DNA of 64,000 bases from Pseudomonadota bacterium (GTDB lineage Bacteria; Pseudomonadota; Gammaproteobacteria; Burkholderiales; Thiobacillaceae). Where the stretch lies: the NCBI GenBank assembly GCA_021849595.1, contig JAJZSR010000001.1, forward strand, positions 6,004 through 70,003, given 5' to 3'. Positions 45,278 through 53,725 of this stretch are shown piece after piece. The notes below the pieces were generated by a model, which ran no database searches, was not told where the DNA came from, and was given only the letters and a program-made list of their open reading frames with translations. The number at the start of each line of letters is the position of its first letter. Within the stretch, counting starts at the first letter, position 1. The position numbers and the translations under genes are program-made.

Positions 45278-46558
45278 ATGCAGCCCACCCAACCCGCCGA
45301 CCCCACCCAAAACCCCGAAACGACCGAGAGCGCCTCCGGCCAGTCGGTCTACATCGCCCGCCAGCCCATCCTGGACCGCAAACAAAACATTTTCGGCTAT
45401 GAATTGCTGGCGCGTGCCGATGCCACCAGCCAGTCGGCCCCCGCCAGGCATACGATCGAGTCGGATACCGCATTTCTCTTCAATGCCCTGTCGAACTTCG
45501 CCACCGAGCAGTTGTTCGGCGACAAGCTGGCCTTCGTCAACTGCATACTGGAAGACCTCAGCGGCGAACATCTGGAAATCGTGTTTCCCGAGCGCATCGC
45601 CCTGGAAGTGCCGCGCGTGCCCGAGGACGACCCGGCCGCCATCGGCGCCGTCGCCGAGAAGCTGGCGTGCCTGCGCGGGCGCGGCTTCCGCATTGCCGCA
45701 GGGGCTTTCGTCGCCACCGGGCCGTATGCGCCCTGGCTGCCGCACGTCAGTTTCGTCAAATTCGACGTTCAGTCCGGCAATCCGGCCCTGGCCCAGTTTC
45801 TCGCAAAAAAAGCGCAGCGCCAGTTTCAGTTGGTCGCCGAAAAAGTGGAAATGCCCGACCAGTTCAAAACCCACTTCGATCTGGGTTTCGATTATTTCCA
45901 GGGCTATTACTTTGCCAAGCCCCAGACCGTGACCGCCAAGGTGGTCAACCCGGCCTTCTCCAACGTTCTGCAGCTCATCAACCTGGTCGCCAAGGAGGCC
46001 GAGCTGCGCGAAATCGACGAGGTCATCAAGCGCGATCCGGCGCTGTCGTTCAAGCTTTTGCGCTACATCAATTCGTCCGGCTTCGGCCTCATGTCGGAAG
46101 TGACTTCCTTCCGCCATGCCGTCACTCTGCTGGGTTATCGCAAGCTTTTCCGCTGGCTCACGCTGCTGCTCGCCACCATCGACAAATCCGGCATGCCACC
46201 TGCGGTGTTCCGCACGGCGGTGACCCGGGGGCGCATGATGGAACTGCTGGCCGGCAATCTCATGTCGCCGGAGGAATGCGACAACGCCTTCGTGACCGGG
46301 GTGTTCTCCCTGCTAGACACCATGCTGGGGGTCCCCATGGATAAAGCGCTCGCCAGCATCACGCTGCCGGAGGCCGTGGGCGATGCGCTGCTGCACCACC
46401 AGGGTACCTACGGGCCCTTCCTGAAGATCGTCGAGGCCTGCGAAAAAGGGGCATTCGCCGACATCGAACTGGAGGCGATGCTGTTGAATCTGGATGCGGC
46501 CAAAGTGTCTTCCGCCCATCTCCAGGCGCTGGCCTGGACCGAAAGCTTCGGCCTCTGA
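45278..46558 (+). CDS. Degenerate EAL domain + HDOD domain signalling protein
   Basis: N-terminal YIARQPILDRKQNIFGYELLAR (ELL in place of EAL), with DDFG replaced by AGAF and FQGYYFAKP retained. C-terminal HDOD domain (DPALSFKLLRYINSSGFGL...AVTLLGYRKL). Confidence 0.8.
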   Translation: MQPTQPADPTQNPETTESASGQSVYIARQPILDRKQNIFGYELLARADATSQSAPARHTIESDTAFLFNALSNFATEQLFGDKLAFVNCILEDLSGEHLEIVFPERIALEVPRVPEDDPAAIGAVAEKLACLRGRGFRIAAGAFVATGPYAPWLPHVSFVKFDVQSGNPALAQFLAKKAQRQFQLVAEKVEMPDQFKTHFDLGFDYFQGYYFAKPQTVTAKVVNPAFSNVLQLINLVAKEAELREIDEVIKRDPALSFKLLRYINSSGFGLMSEVTSFRHAVTLLGYRKLFRWLTLLLATIDKSGMPPAVFRTAVTRGRMMELLAGNLMSPEECDNAFVTGVFSLLDTMLGVPMDKALASITLPEAVGDALLHHQGTYGPFLKIVEACEKGAFADIELEAMLLNLDAAKVSSAHLQALAWTESFGL

Positions 46559-46597
46559 GCCCCGGCTGGTACGCTCCCGGGACGCGCCGGGTCTTCG

Positions 46598-47632
46598 CTA
46601 TGCCGCGCCCAGCGCCTGCAGCCGCTGCGCGATCTCGGGGAGTGCGGCGGTCGCGCCCGCTATGCCGTGCCGGATGGGCTGCACCGCTTCGAGCGCCCCG
46701 GCTGCGCCCTGCACCTGCGCCTCGGCGATGTCGCGCACTTTCTGCAGGGTTCCGCTGGTCGCGCCGAGAAATTCGCAGGCCTCGCCGACCAGGTTGTCCA
46801 CGCGGCCGATGTGTTCCACGGCGCGCTGCATTTCCTCGCCCACCTGCTGCGAACCGCCGCGGATGCTGTGCGTGAGATTCTCGATCTCTTGGGTGATGGA
46901 GGCGGTGCGGCGCGCCAGATTGCGCACTTCGTCGGCCACTACGGCAAAGCCCCGGCCGTGCTCACCCGCGCGCGCCGCCTCAATGGCGGCATTGAGCGCA
47001 AGCAGATTGGTCTGCTGGGCGATCTCGCGTATGCCCGCGGTTAACCGCTCCACGGAACGAACGGAGTCCACGAATCCCACCAGCTTCTCTTCCGTACCCT
47101 GGACGAAGCCCATGACCTCGGACACCTCCCCCAGTACGGTGGCCATGGCCTCGTTGCCGGCCTGGATGGACGACTGGGTTTCGCCCAGATTGTCTTCCAG
47201 CAGGCGCAATTGCGACTGCATGCCCTCTACCCGTTCGATCGCCTGGCTCACGCCGGCGGCCCCCTCGGTCATGCGTTCCAGCAGATGATCGAGGTCATTG
47301 CTTGCCTGCCCCAAGGATTCCAGATCCAACGCGGCCACCTGCGGAACATCCGCGCGTTGGCTGAGCAGTGCCGCGCGCGCGGATGCGAGCTTCTCAGCCC
47401 AGGCCGGCTCCAGCTCGCGCAATGGCGCGTCGTCGCCCTCGGCGAGCACCGCCAGAACCGCGGCCAGGAGTTTTTCTCTATCCTCCCGCAATCTTTCCAC
47501 CAATCCGCCGGGACGCCCGCTTTCCCGGGCATCCCGCTCGCGTGCGCCTTCGTTCTGCGGCATCGCCTGCTTGTCTTCCACGGCCAACTCAGCACCCATC
47601 ACCGCCTCCGTTTTACGCTGTTTCCCAGCCAT
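46598..47632 (-). CDS. Soluble methyl-accepting chemotaxis protein (signalling domain only, no TM segments)
   Basis: Canonical tip [42 protein letters not shown] chose the start at MAGKQRK, 3 nt after the upstream stop. Confidence 0.88.
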   Translation of the reverse strand: MAGKQRKTEAVMGAELAVEDKQAMPQNEGARERDARESGRPGGLVERLREDREKLLAAVLAVLAEGDDAPLRELEPAWAEKLASARAALLSQRADVPQVAALDLESLGQASNDLDHLLERMTEGAAGVSQAIERVEGMQSQLRLLEDNLGETQSSIQAGNEAMATVLGEVSEVMGFVQGTEEKLVGFVDSVRSVERLTAGIREIAQQTNLLALNAAIEAARAGEHGRGFAVVADEVRNLARRTASITQEIENLTHSIRGGSQQVGEEMQRAVEHIGRVDNLVGEACEFLGATSGTLQKVRDIAEAQVQGAAGALEAVQPIRHGIAGATAALPEIAQRLQALGAA

Positions 47633-47634
47633 CG

Positions 47635-48399
47635 TTAGTGCCCCTGTTGCCAGTTGCCGAATCCCACGGGCAGGTCCGCAAACCAGTCGATGAATCTCTC
47701 GACATTTTTCCCCGTGTAAATGGCCCCGTGCTGGGGGCATAGAAAATCGATATCCAGCTTGGATACCCGTTCGCACCAATCGCGCTTCGCCTCCATGGAG
47801 GGCATCCAGCGCCGGTGGAAATATTCCGCGTGCTGGATATGGGCATCGAAGGCGCGCGGGCTGTCATCGTCCCGTCGATCTATGAACGCATCATGGCCGG
47901 GAGGCAGCAGCGCGGCCCCGACATCCCCGGAAAAATAGACTTTGGCGGCGGGGTCATAAAGATGGAAATTGGCCGGCGAATGTAAATAGTGGGCCGGCAC
48001 CAGGGTCAGGCGCCGTCCGGCGAAATCAATGTCGCCGCCCTCATCCGGGATCTCGTGGAAATACGCCTCCAGCGCGCCGTAATGACGGATGAATCCCGCC
48101 CATAATTTCGGCACATGCCAGAGGATGCGCGGATTGCATGCATTCCAAAGCGGCAGGCTGGAAGCAATGTCGGGGTCCTGATGGCTGACCAGGGCAGCCT
48201 TCACCGAGCCGGGCGGCAGCACGCCCATGAGCGCGCCGAACACCTGATTGAAGACTTCGGCCCCGCCCGGGTCCATGAGCATGGTCTGGTCTCCTACCGC
48301 CAGCGCGTAAACGTTGGCGTCGATCACGCGCTGCTCGCCCTGATCGAAAAGCACGAACCAGTGATGCTCACCCTGGCTGTAGAAGCGCTGCCCCTTCAT
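47635..48399 (-). CDS. Metallo-beta-lactamase-fold, flavodiiron-core-like protein (ODP-like candidate sensor)
   Basis: 254 aa with MBL-type motifs VSHQDPD, AHYLHSP, YFSGD and CPQHG. There is no flavodoxin domain. The gene is coupled to the soluble MCP downstream. Confidence 0.65.
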   Translation of the reverse strand: MKGQRFYSQGEHHWFVLFDQGEQRVIDANVYALAVGDQTMLMDPGGAEVFNQVFGALMGVLPPGSVKAALVSHQDPDIASSLPLWNACNPRILWHVPKLWAGFIRHYGALEAYFHEIPDEGGDIDFAGRRLTLVPAHYLHSPANFHLYDPAAKVYFSGDVGAALLPPGHDAFIDRRDDDSPRAFDAHIQHAEYFHRRWMPSMEAKRDWCERVSKLDIDFLCPQHGAIYTGKNVERFIDWFADLPVGFGNWQQGH

Positions 48400-49022
48400 C
48401 TCAGGCTCCCTTCGATCTGCTCGCGGTAGCCGCGCAGCACCTCCCGCACGCTGGAAACCGCCCGGTGCATGTCCATGGAAACCTGCGCCAGCGGCGCCGT
48501 CGAGCCGCTTTTCAGCGCCGCCTCGATACGACCGTTGACCACCACGTAATCGAGTTCGGTGACGACTTCTTCGAAACGCTCCAGCGCCTTCAACAGGCTG
48601 GACCCGATTTCGCGATACTGCCTCTCGTTGATATCGCGTTCTTCCTCCAGGCGATTGCGATACGATTCCAGGCCGCCGCAGCGCCCCGCCACCTCGCTTT
48701 GCATGCCGTCCTGTACGCGCTCCAGCGTCTCCAGTTGCAGCGCAGCGCGCAGGTCGTCCAGGCGCCCGGTCATGAACGGAGCGATGATTTCCTGGACCGC
48801 GTCCACTGCTGCCTGCATGGCACCGGCGCCTTCCCGGAAAGACTGCGCCACTACGCCGTAGCCGGACAAATCCTTGCCGTGGCGCTTGACGAGTACCTGG
48901 GCGTTCAGCGCCTTGCGGTCAATCTCACGCAGACGCCGCTTGATTTCGAGCTGAAACTGACAGGTGGCATCGGCCATGTCGATAAAGTCCTGGCGCGCCC
49001 GTTTTTCCTTTTCTGTGGTCAT
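48396..49022 (-). CDS. 208-aa helical protein with a divergent MCP hairpin-tip-like motif (mini-MCP-like)
   Basis: ALNAQVLVKRHGKDLSGYGVVAQSFREGA aligns with the MCP tip [29 protein letters not shown] at about 13 of 29 identical positions. A second weaker IEAA-like motif is present (VVNGRIEAALKSG). It occupies the position right after cheA. Confidence 0.55.
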   Translation of the reverse strand: MTTEKEKRARQDFIDMADATCQFQLEIKRRLREIDRKALNAQVLVKRHGKDLSGYGVVAQSFREGAGAMQAAVDAVQEIIAPFMTGRLDDLRAALQLETLERVQDGMQSEVAGRCGGLESYRNRLEEERDINERQYREIGSSLLKALERFEEVVTELDYVVVNGRIEAALKSGSTAPLAQVSMDMHRAVSSVREVLRGYREQIEGSLR

Positions 49023-49026
49023 GATG

Positions 49027-50946
49027 TCAAACCCTGCGCTGCGCCCTGCTCACGGAAGTGCCGTCGAGAATCAGCACGACATCCCCGCCGCCGGAAATCG
49101 TGGCGCCCTGATACCAAGTCTTTTCCATGCCGATGTCCAAGGGCTTGACCACGGAATCCTCCGTTCCCAGCGCTTCGGATACCACCAGCAGGCCATGCTC
49201 GGTCAAGATGCCCTCGCTCGCCTCGTGCGCAGTGCTGATGGGTGAGGACTGCAGCACATGGCCCAAATCGACGTAAGGAACGACGCGATCGCGGCCCACC
49301 TGGTACATCGGTTTGCCGGAAATTGTGTGCAAACAGGGTGTGTCGATCTCGATGAGATTTTCGATCGCGGCCACCGGCAGGGCATAGGTTTCGCGCCGCA
49401 GGCGGAAATAAAGCACGGGCAGCACCGCGAGGGTCAAAGGCAGTTCGAGCACGATGGTAGTGCCCTGATTGAGCCGGGTCTGCACGTCGATGCGCCCGCG
49501 CAGGCCGCGTACGGTTTCGCGCACGACGTCCATGCCGACGCCACGGCCCGACATGTCGGTGACCGCCTCTTTGGTGGAAAAGCCGGGCAAAAAAATCAGA
49601 TCCAGCATGTCGCGCTCGGACAGGCGCGCACCCTCTTCGGCGCTGACCACCCCTTTAGCGATCGCCGACTTGAGAATGGCCTGCGGGTTCATGCCGCGCC
49701 CGTCGTCGGACACCTGGATTTGCACCTTGTCGCCCAGATGCACGGCAGCGACTCTTAACACCGCCTTTTCCGGCTTGCCGAATTTCTGGCGTTCGGCCGG
49801 GCTTTCTATGCCGTGGTCCAGGGCGTTGCGCACGAGGTGGATGAGCGGCGGCGACAAGGCATCGACCACCGTCTTGTCGATTTCCACGTCCTCGCCTTCC
49901 AGCTCCAACTGCACGTTCTTGCCCAGGCTGCGCGAGGTGTCGCGCACCACGCGCGGCAGCGCCTGGAATAAGCGCTTGCAGGGCTGCATGCGCAGGCGCA
50001 TGACCGTGCCCTGTAAATCGTTCACCGCCAGGTCCGCCTCGCGTGCGATGCGGGTGAGGTTTTCGTCCTCCTGGTTCAGGTTGGCCAGCGCCGCATTGAG
50101 GCGATTGCGCAGCAGGACCAGTTCCCCCACCTGGTTCATCACCGCGTCCAGGCGGCTGGAGTCGACGCGTATGGTGCTCTCTTCCCGGCTCTCGCCGCCC
50201 ATGGCCTGCGTCTGCCCGCCGGGGCGGCCGGTCTTGAGCGCGGGCGCCGCCGCGGCGGAGCCAGCCTCGGGCTCCTTGCCAAGAGCGGCAGGCGGCGCCG
50301 CGGCGGGCGCCTCCGGGCCGCCCATGCCGGGCGCTCCGCCGGCTCCGTACATCTGGTCCAGATAGCGCTCGAACTCGTCCTGGGTAATCTCGTCACCGCC
50401 CGAACCTGCTGCCGGTGCCTCAGCCGGCGCGGCGCCCCGCTGTTCGACAAAGACGCCTTCCGTGCCTTGCTCCGTCGGCCGCCGCGACACCCAAAGCGAG
50501 TTTTCGGAAGCGGTTTGCGGCTCTTGCGCCGCCGCAGGCTCCACAGCCGATTCGGCGGTAGCCCCTGGCGTGCCGCTGGCAAGGGCATGGATCATATCCC
50601 TGAGTTCGACCGGACCGGGCTCGGGGTATTCGCCCGTGGCCATGGCATCGAGCATGGATTCGATGATGTCCGTGCCGCGCAGAATCACGTCCACCATCTG
50701 GCTGGTCACCGGGATTTCGCCGTGGCGGGCCTTGTCCAGCAAATCCTCCAGACCATGGCACCACTCCACCAAACTCTGCGCATCGAGAAACCCAGCGCCG
50801 CCCTTGAGGGTATGGAAGGCGCGAAATATGGACCCCAGAATTTCGGCGTTCTCGGGATCGTTCTCCAGCCCCAGCAAATCGGCCTGGGCCTGACTCAACA
50901 TCTCGCGGGATTCGGCGAGAAATTCCTGGAGAATATCGTTATCCAT
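49027..50946 (-). CDS. cheA: Chemotaxis histidine kinase CheA
   Basis: P1 HPt domain (FRAFHTLKGGAGFL), HATPase motifs (HLVRNALDHGIE, DDGRGM, GRGVGMDVV) and a C-terminal CheW-like P5 domain. Confidence 0.95.
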   Translation of the reverse strand: MDNDILQEFLAESREMLSQAQADLLGLENDPENAEILGSIFRAFHTLKGGAGFLDAQSLVEWCHGLEDLLDKARHGEIPVTSQMVDVILRGTDIIESMLDAMATGEYPEPGPVELRDMIHALASGTPGATAESAVEPAAAQEPQTASENSLWVSRRPTEQGTEGVFVEQRGAAPAEAPAAGSGGDEITQDEFERYLDQMYGAGGAPGMGGPEAPAAAPPAALGKEPEAGSAAAAPALKTGRPGGQTQAMGGESREESTIRVDSSRLDAVMNQVGELVLLRNRLNAALANLNQEDENLTRIAREADLAVNDLQGTVMRLRMQPCKRLFQALPRVVRDTSRSLGKNVQLELEGEDVEIDKTVVDALSPPLIHLVRNALDHGIESPAERQKFGKPEKAVLRVAAVHLGDKVQIQVSDDGRGMNPQAILKSAIAKGVVSAEEGARLSERDMLDLIFLPGFSTKEAVTDMSGRGVGMDVVRETVRGLRGRIDVQTRLNQGTTIVLELPLTLAVLPVLYFRLRRETYALPVAAIENLIEIDTPCLHTISGKPMYQVGRDRVVPYVDLGHVLQSSPISTAHEASEGILTEHGLLVVSEALGTEDSVVKPLDIGMEKTWYQGATISGGGDVVLILDGTSVSRAQRRV

Positions 50947-51434
50947 CAGATCCCCAGCTCCTTCAGCAAGGCATCGACGTCATCCTGGCCGATCGGCCCG
51001 CCGTCGTCCTCCAGCACACAAGCGCTCGCCAGGGGAAGCTCGACGTCTATACCCAGCTCGCCGAGCGCGCCGCCGATGCGATCCTCCACTGCCTGCAGCA
51101 GGCTGATGGCTTTCTTTAGGCGCTGGCCCGCCAGATCCTGGCCTTGCTGGCTCGCCAAAATCATGTGCAACTGGCTTTCCAGGACATCGAGATGGCCGTC
51201 TATGAAGCCGCCGCGCGTGGCGCGGATCGCTTCCAGTTCGACGAAGGCGCCTTCCACCGCTTCCAGTGTGGCCATGGCCTGTTTCTCCGTAAGCCTGAGG
51301 GCCTCCTCCAGCGGATGGCTGGCGGTGGGGAGATCGGACGACGCGGACATGATGCGCCTCACCCCTTCCCGCAGCATGGCCTCGGCCTCCTGCAACTGGC
51401 GCAGGGCATCCTCCTGAGTGCAAGAAAGCGTCAT
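50946..51434 (-). CDS. cheZ: CheY-P phosphatase CheZ (short form)
   Basis: 162 aa with an active-site-like [10 protein letters not shown] motif and a C-terminal CheY-binding peptide ([13 protein letters not shown]). Located between cheY and cheA. Confidence 0.8.
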   Translation of the reverse strand: MTLSCTQEDALRQLQEAEAMLREGVRRIMSASSDLPTASHPLEEALRLTEKQAMATLEAVEGAFVELEAIRATRGGFIDGHLDVLESQLHMILASQQGQDLAGQRLKKAISLLQAVEDRIGGALGELGIDVELPLASACVLEDDGGPIGQDDVDALLKELGI

Positions 51435-51823
51435 TTGCCGTGTCCCAATCTTTCCATGATTGCGTCGAGTTTTTCTTTGAGCGTTTGTGCATTGAACGGC
51501 TTGACGATATAGCCGTTGACGCCCGCCTGAGCGGCCGCCAAGATGTTTTCCTTCTTGGCTTCCGCGGTAATGAGCAAAACCGGCAGACTGCGGATGGCCG
51601 GGTTGTCCGAAGCGCGGATATGGCGCAGCAAATCGATGCCCTGCATCTGCGGCATGTTCCAGTCGGTCACGACGAACTCTATGCCGCCGGCCTGGATCCG
51701 GCGCAGGGCTTCTTCGCCGTTCTCGGCCTCGTCGATGGTCCCGGTGACATAGCCGGTCTGCATCAGCAGGCCGCGCACGATGCGCCGCATGGTGGGGAAA
51801 TCATCGACAACCAAAAATTTCAA
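51431..51823 (-). CDS. cheY: Chemotaxis response regulator CheY
   Basis: 130 aa single REC domain ([14 protein letters not shown]...[16 protein letters not shown]...[10 protein letters not shown]...GYIVKPF). Confidence 0.95.
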   Translation of the reverse strand: MKFLVVDDFPTMRRIVRGLLMQTGYVTGTIDEAENGEEALRRIQAGGIEFVVTDWNMPQMQGIDLLRHIRASDNPAIRSLPVLLITAEAKKENILAAAQAGVNGYIVKPFNAQTLKEKLDAIMERLGHGK

Positions 51824-51893
51824 GATGCCCTCGCTTGCTTGATGCCTGAGTTGCGGCCGGAGGCCGGATTTGTTGTTGGTCTCGCCGAAAAGC

Positions 51894-51920
51894 TATACGG
51901 CGCGGGCCGGCAAAACTTGA
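51894..51920 (-). promoter_or_regulatory. Weak sigma28-like promoter candidate upstream of cheY
   Basis: The minus strand reads TCAAGTTT-N11-GCCGTATA against TAAAGTTT-N11-GCCGATAA. The -10 element has three mismatches. Confidence 0.3.
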
Positions 51921-52056
51921 GCGGCGCGGGCCCGTCCTGCCAAGGTGATGCCGCTGCCCAACTGCCTTGCCGCAAGGCGTGGAAAATAAAGGCAACAGGC
52001 CTACAATTTCATTTACATGTGACGTTACTGCTCATGCAGCCATTAACCCCCGAGCG

Positions 52057-52380
52057 ATGGATCCTTTGAAAAGCAGTTCCCCCGTGGCCCCGACGGAACC
52101 CGTCGCGAAAAACCGCGGCCAGGCGGCCGCCGCGTCGCCGTCCTCCCCTGCGAAGGTGGCGGCGGAGTCGGCCCCGGCACGCGATAGCGTCACCTTGTCC
52201 CAGGCGGCGCGCCTGCTGGCGGCCGGCGGCGCCGCGCCGGAGGCGAGCGCCGCCCGCCTGGCCGCGCTCAAGAAAAGCATCGCCCAGGGCACTTATGGCG
52301 TCGACCAGAAGCTCATCGCCCGTTCTCTAATCCGGGACAACCTGGATCTGTTGGCAGCCACCCCACCGTCCGGCGACTGA
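52057..52380 (+). CDS. flgM: Anti-sigma28 factor FlgM
   Basis: 107 aa, disordered N-terminus, C-terminal motif LAALKKSIAQGTYGVDQKLIARSLIRDNL. I chose the start at MDPLKSS. Confidence 0.85.
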   Translation: MDPLKSSSPVAPTEPVAKNRGQAAAASPSSPAKVAAESAPARDSVTLSQAARLLAAGGAAPEASAARLAALKKSIAQGTYGVDQKLIARSLIRDNLDLLAATPPSGD

Positions 52381-52387
52381 GGCCATC

Positions 52388-52804
52388 ATGACCACTTCCG
52401 GCAAAACCACTCTGGCGCAAATCCTGGAAGAAGAAACCAGCCTATTGCAACGCTTCCTGGACATCCTGGCGCAGGAGCGCGAACAGCTCCTGGCAGGCAA
52501 GACCGAGTGCCTCGCGGCGCTGGCGGCGGCGAAGACGGATCTGGCCGCGGCCTTGGAGCGCGCCGAGGCCGACCGCCGCGCCCGTGCCACAGCAATCCCC
52601 GGCACATCCGCCGCCTGGCGGGAAATACGCGAGTTGGGCGCAAGGGCTGCGCACGCCAATCTGGAAAACGGCGTCATCCTGGCCGCCCTGACGCGCCACG
52701 TGGAAGGCGCCCTGCGCATTTTCACCGGCGCCGAGGAGCCCATCTACGGACCCGCGGGCAGCCAAGCCAGAAGCACGGGCTCGCGTCCACTGGCCAGCGC
52801 CTGA
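52388..52804 (+). CDS. flgN: Flagellar chaperone FlgN
   Basis: 138 aa with an N-terminus typical of FlgN (LAQILEEETSLLQRFLDILAQEREQLLAGK), directly after flgM. Confidence 0.8.
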   Translation: MTTSGKTTLAQILEEETSLLQRFLDILAQEREQLLAGKTECLAALAAAKTDLAAALERAEADRRARATAIPGTSAAWREIRELGARAAHANLENGVILAALTRHVEGALRIFTGAEEPIYGPAGSQARSTGSRPLASA

Positions 52805-52806
52805 GC

Positions 52807-53043
52807 ATGCTGATCCTCACGCGCCGGCCCGGAGAAGCCATCCGCATCGGCGACAAGATCCGCATCGTGGTGGTGCAGGCCGAGGCCGGCAAGATACGCA
52901 TCGGCATCGAAGGGCCGCGCGAACTGCCCATCCTCAGGGAAGAGCTTTATACCCTCATACGCGAAGGCAATCAGCAGGCCAACGCCCCCGCCGACCTGGC
53001 GCTGGAGCATTGGCTGGCGGAAGGAAAGAAGGAAAAACCATGA
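52807..53043 (+). CDS. csrA: Carbon storage regulator / translational repressor CsrA (flagellar-locus type)
   Basis: Starts MLILTRRPGEAIRIGDKIRIVVVQAEAGKIRIGIEGPRELPILREELY. 78 aa with a C-terminal extension. ATGA overlap with fliW. Confidence 0.92.
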   Translation: MLILTRRPGEAIRIGDKIRIVVVQAEAGKIRIGIEGPRELPILREELYTLIREGNQQANAPADLALEHWLAEGKKEKP

Positions 53044-53555
53044 CCATTTATGCCAGCCGTTTCGGCCCCGTCGAGGTCCCCGCCAATGGCCTCTGGCAAT
53101 GCCGGCAGCCGCTTGCCGGCTTCGAGGAACTGCGCGACTTCGCGCTCATACAAGTCGCCGGGCAGAGCCCCTTTGTCTGGCTACAGTCGCTGGAACTGCA
53201 ACCCATCGCCTTTCTCCTGGCGGAACCGCGCCATTTCGGCCTGCAGTATCCCCGCCCCGCCGACGCCGAAGTATCCGGCTTGGCCGGGGCAGCCTGTCAG
53301 TTCCTGGTCATGGTGACCATCCCCGAGAACAAGGACGAGCCGCTGCGCCCGCACCACCTCGGACCCTTGTGCCTCGACCCCGGCAGCGGGGAATTCGTGC
53401 AATGGGTGTTGGAGCCGGGCCGCGTCGCCGTCAGTGCCGGTTTTCGCCCGCAAACCGAGGATCTGGGTCTGGCCCCCGCCCTGCTCCCACGACTGGTGCG
53501 CTGGCCGGACGGCAGCGCCAGCCCCGATTCCAGATCCGCCTCCATTGCCGCATAA
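53040..53555 (+). CDS. fliW: Flagellar assembly factor FliW (CsrA antagonist)
   Basis: Starts MTIYASRFGPVEVPANGLWQCRQPLAGFEELRDFALIQ...PFVWLQSLELQPIAFLLAEP, a typical FliW beta-barrel N-terminal pattern. Confidence 0.85.
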   Translation: MTIYASRFGPVEVPANGLWQCRQPLAGFEELRDFALIQVAGQSPFVWLQSLELQPIAFLLAEPRHFGLQYPRPADAEVSGLAGAACQFLVMVTIPENKDEPLRPHHLGPLCLDPGSGEFVQWVLEPGRVAVSAGFRPQTEDLGLAPALLPRLVRWPDGSASPDSRSASIAA

Positions 53556-53725
53556 GAAAGACAACGCGTAGCGTTTCCCCGCCCCCCACGCCCTGGGGGA
53601 GAGCAGAGGCGAGGGACACGGGCAGGGCGCGCACCTTCAGGATGGGAGCGACAATTCGCCTTCTCCGGCGGCGCGGGAGCAATGCGCGAGCGGCGTGCAG
53701 CGCAAGGCACCGCGCCGCGATTCGT

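Noticed and set aside
42120-45473. Two long minus-strand ORFs (555 aa and 531 aa)
   Set aside because: They are antisense to the multidomain glycosyltransferase ORF, whose domains have clear family motifs. The translations are Arg/Gly/Ala-rich with no motifs.
46576-46591. Short CCCGG/CCGGG hairpin between the convergent EAL-HDOD and MCP genes
   Set aside because: The stem is only 5 bp with no U-tract, so it is not supportable as a terminator.
51967-52056. Longer flgM start from the ORF track
   Set aside because: The upstream 30 codons are AT-rich promoter-like sequence. MDPLKSS gives a typical FlgM length of about 107 aa. The longer start is not excluded.
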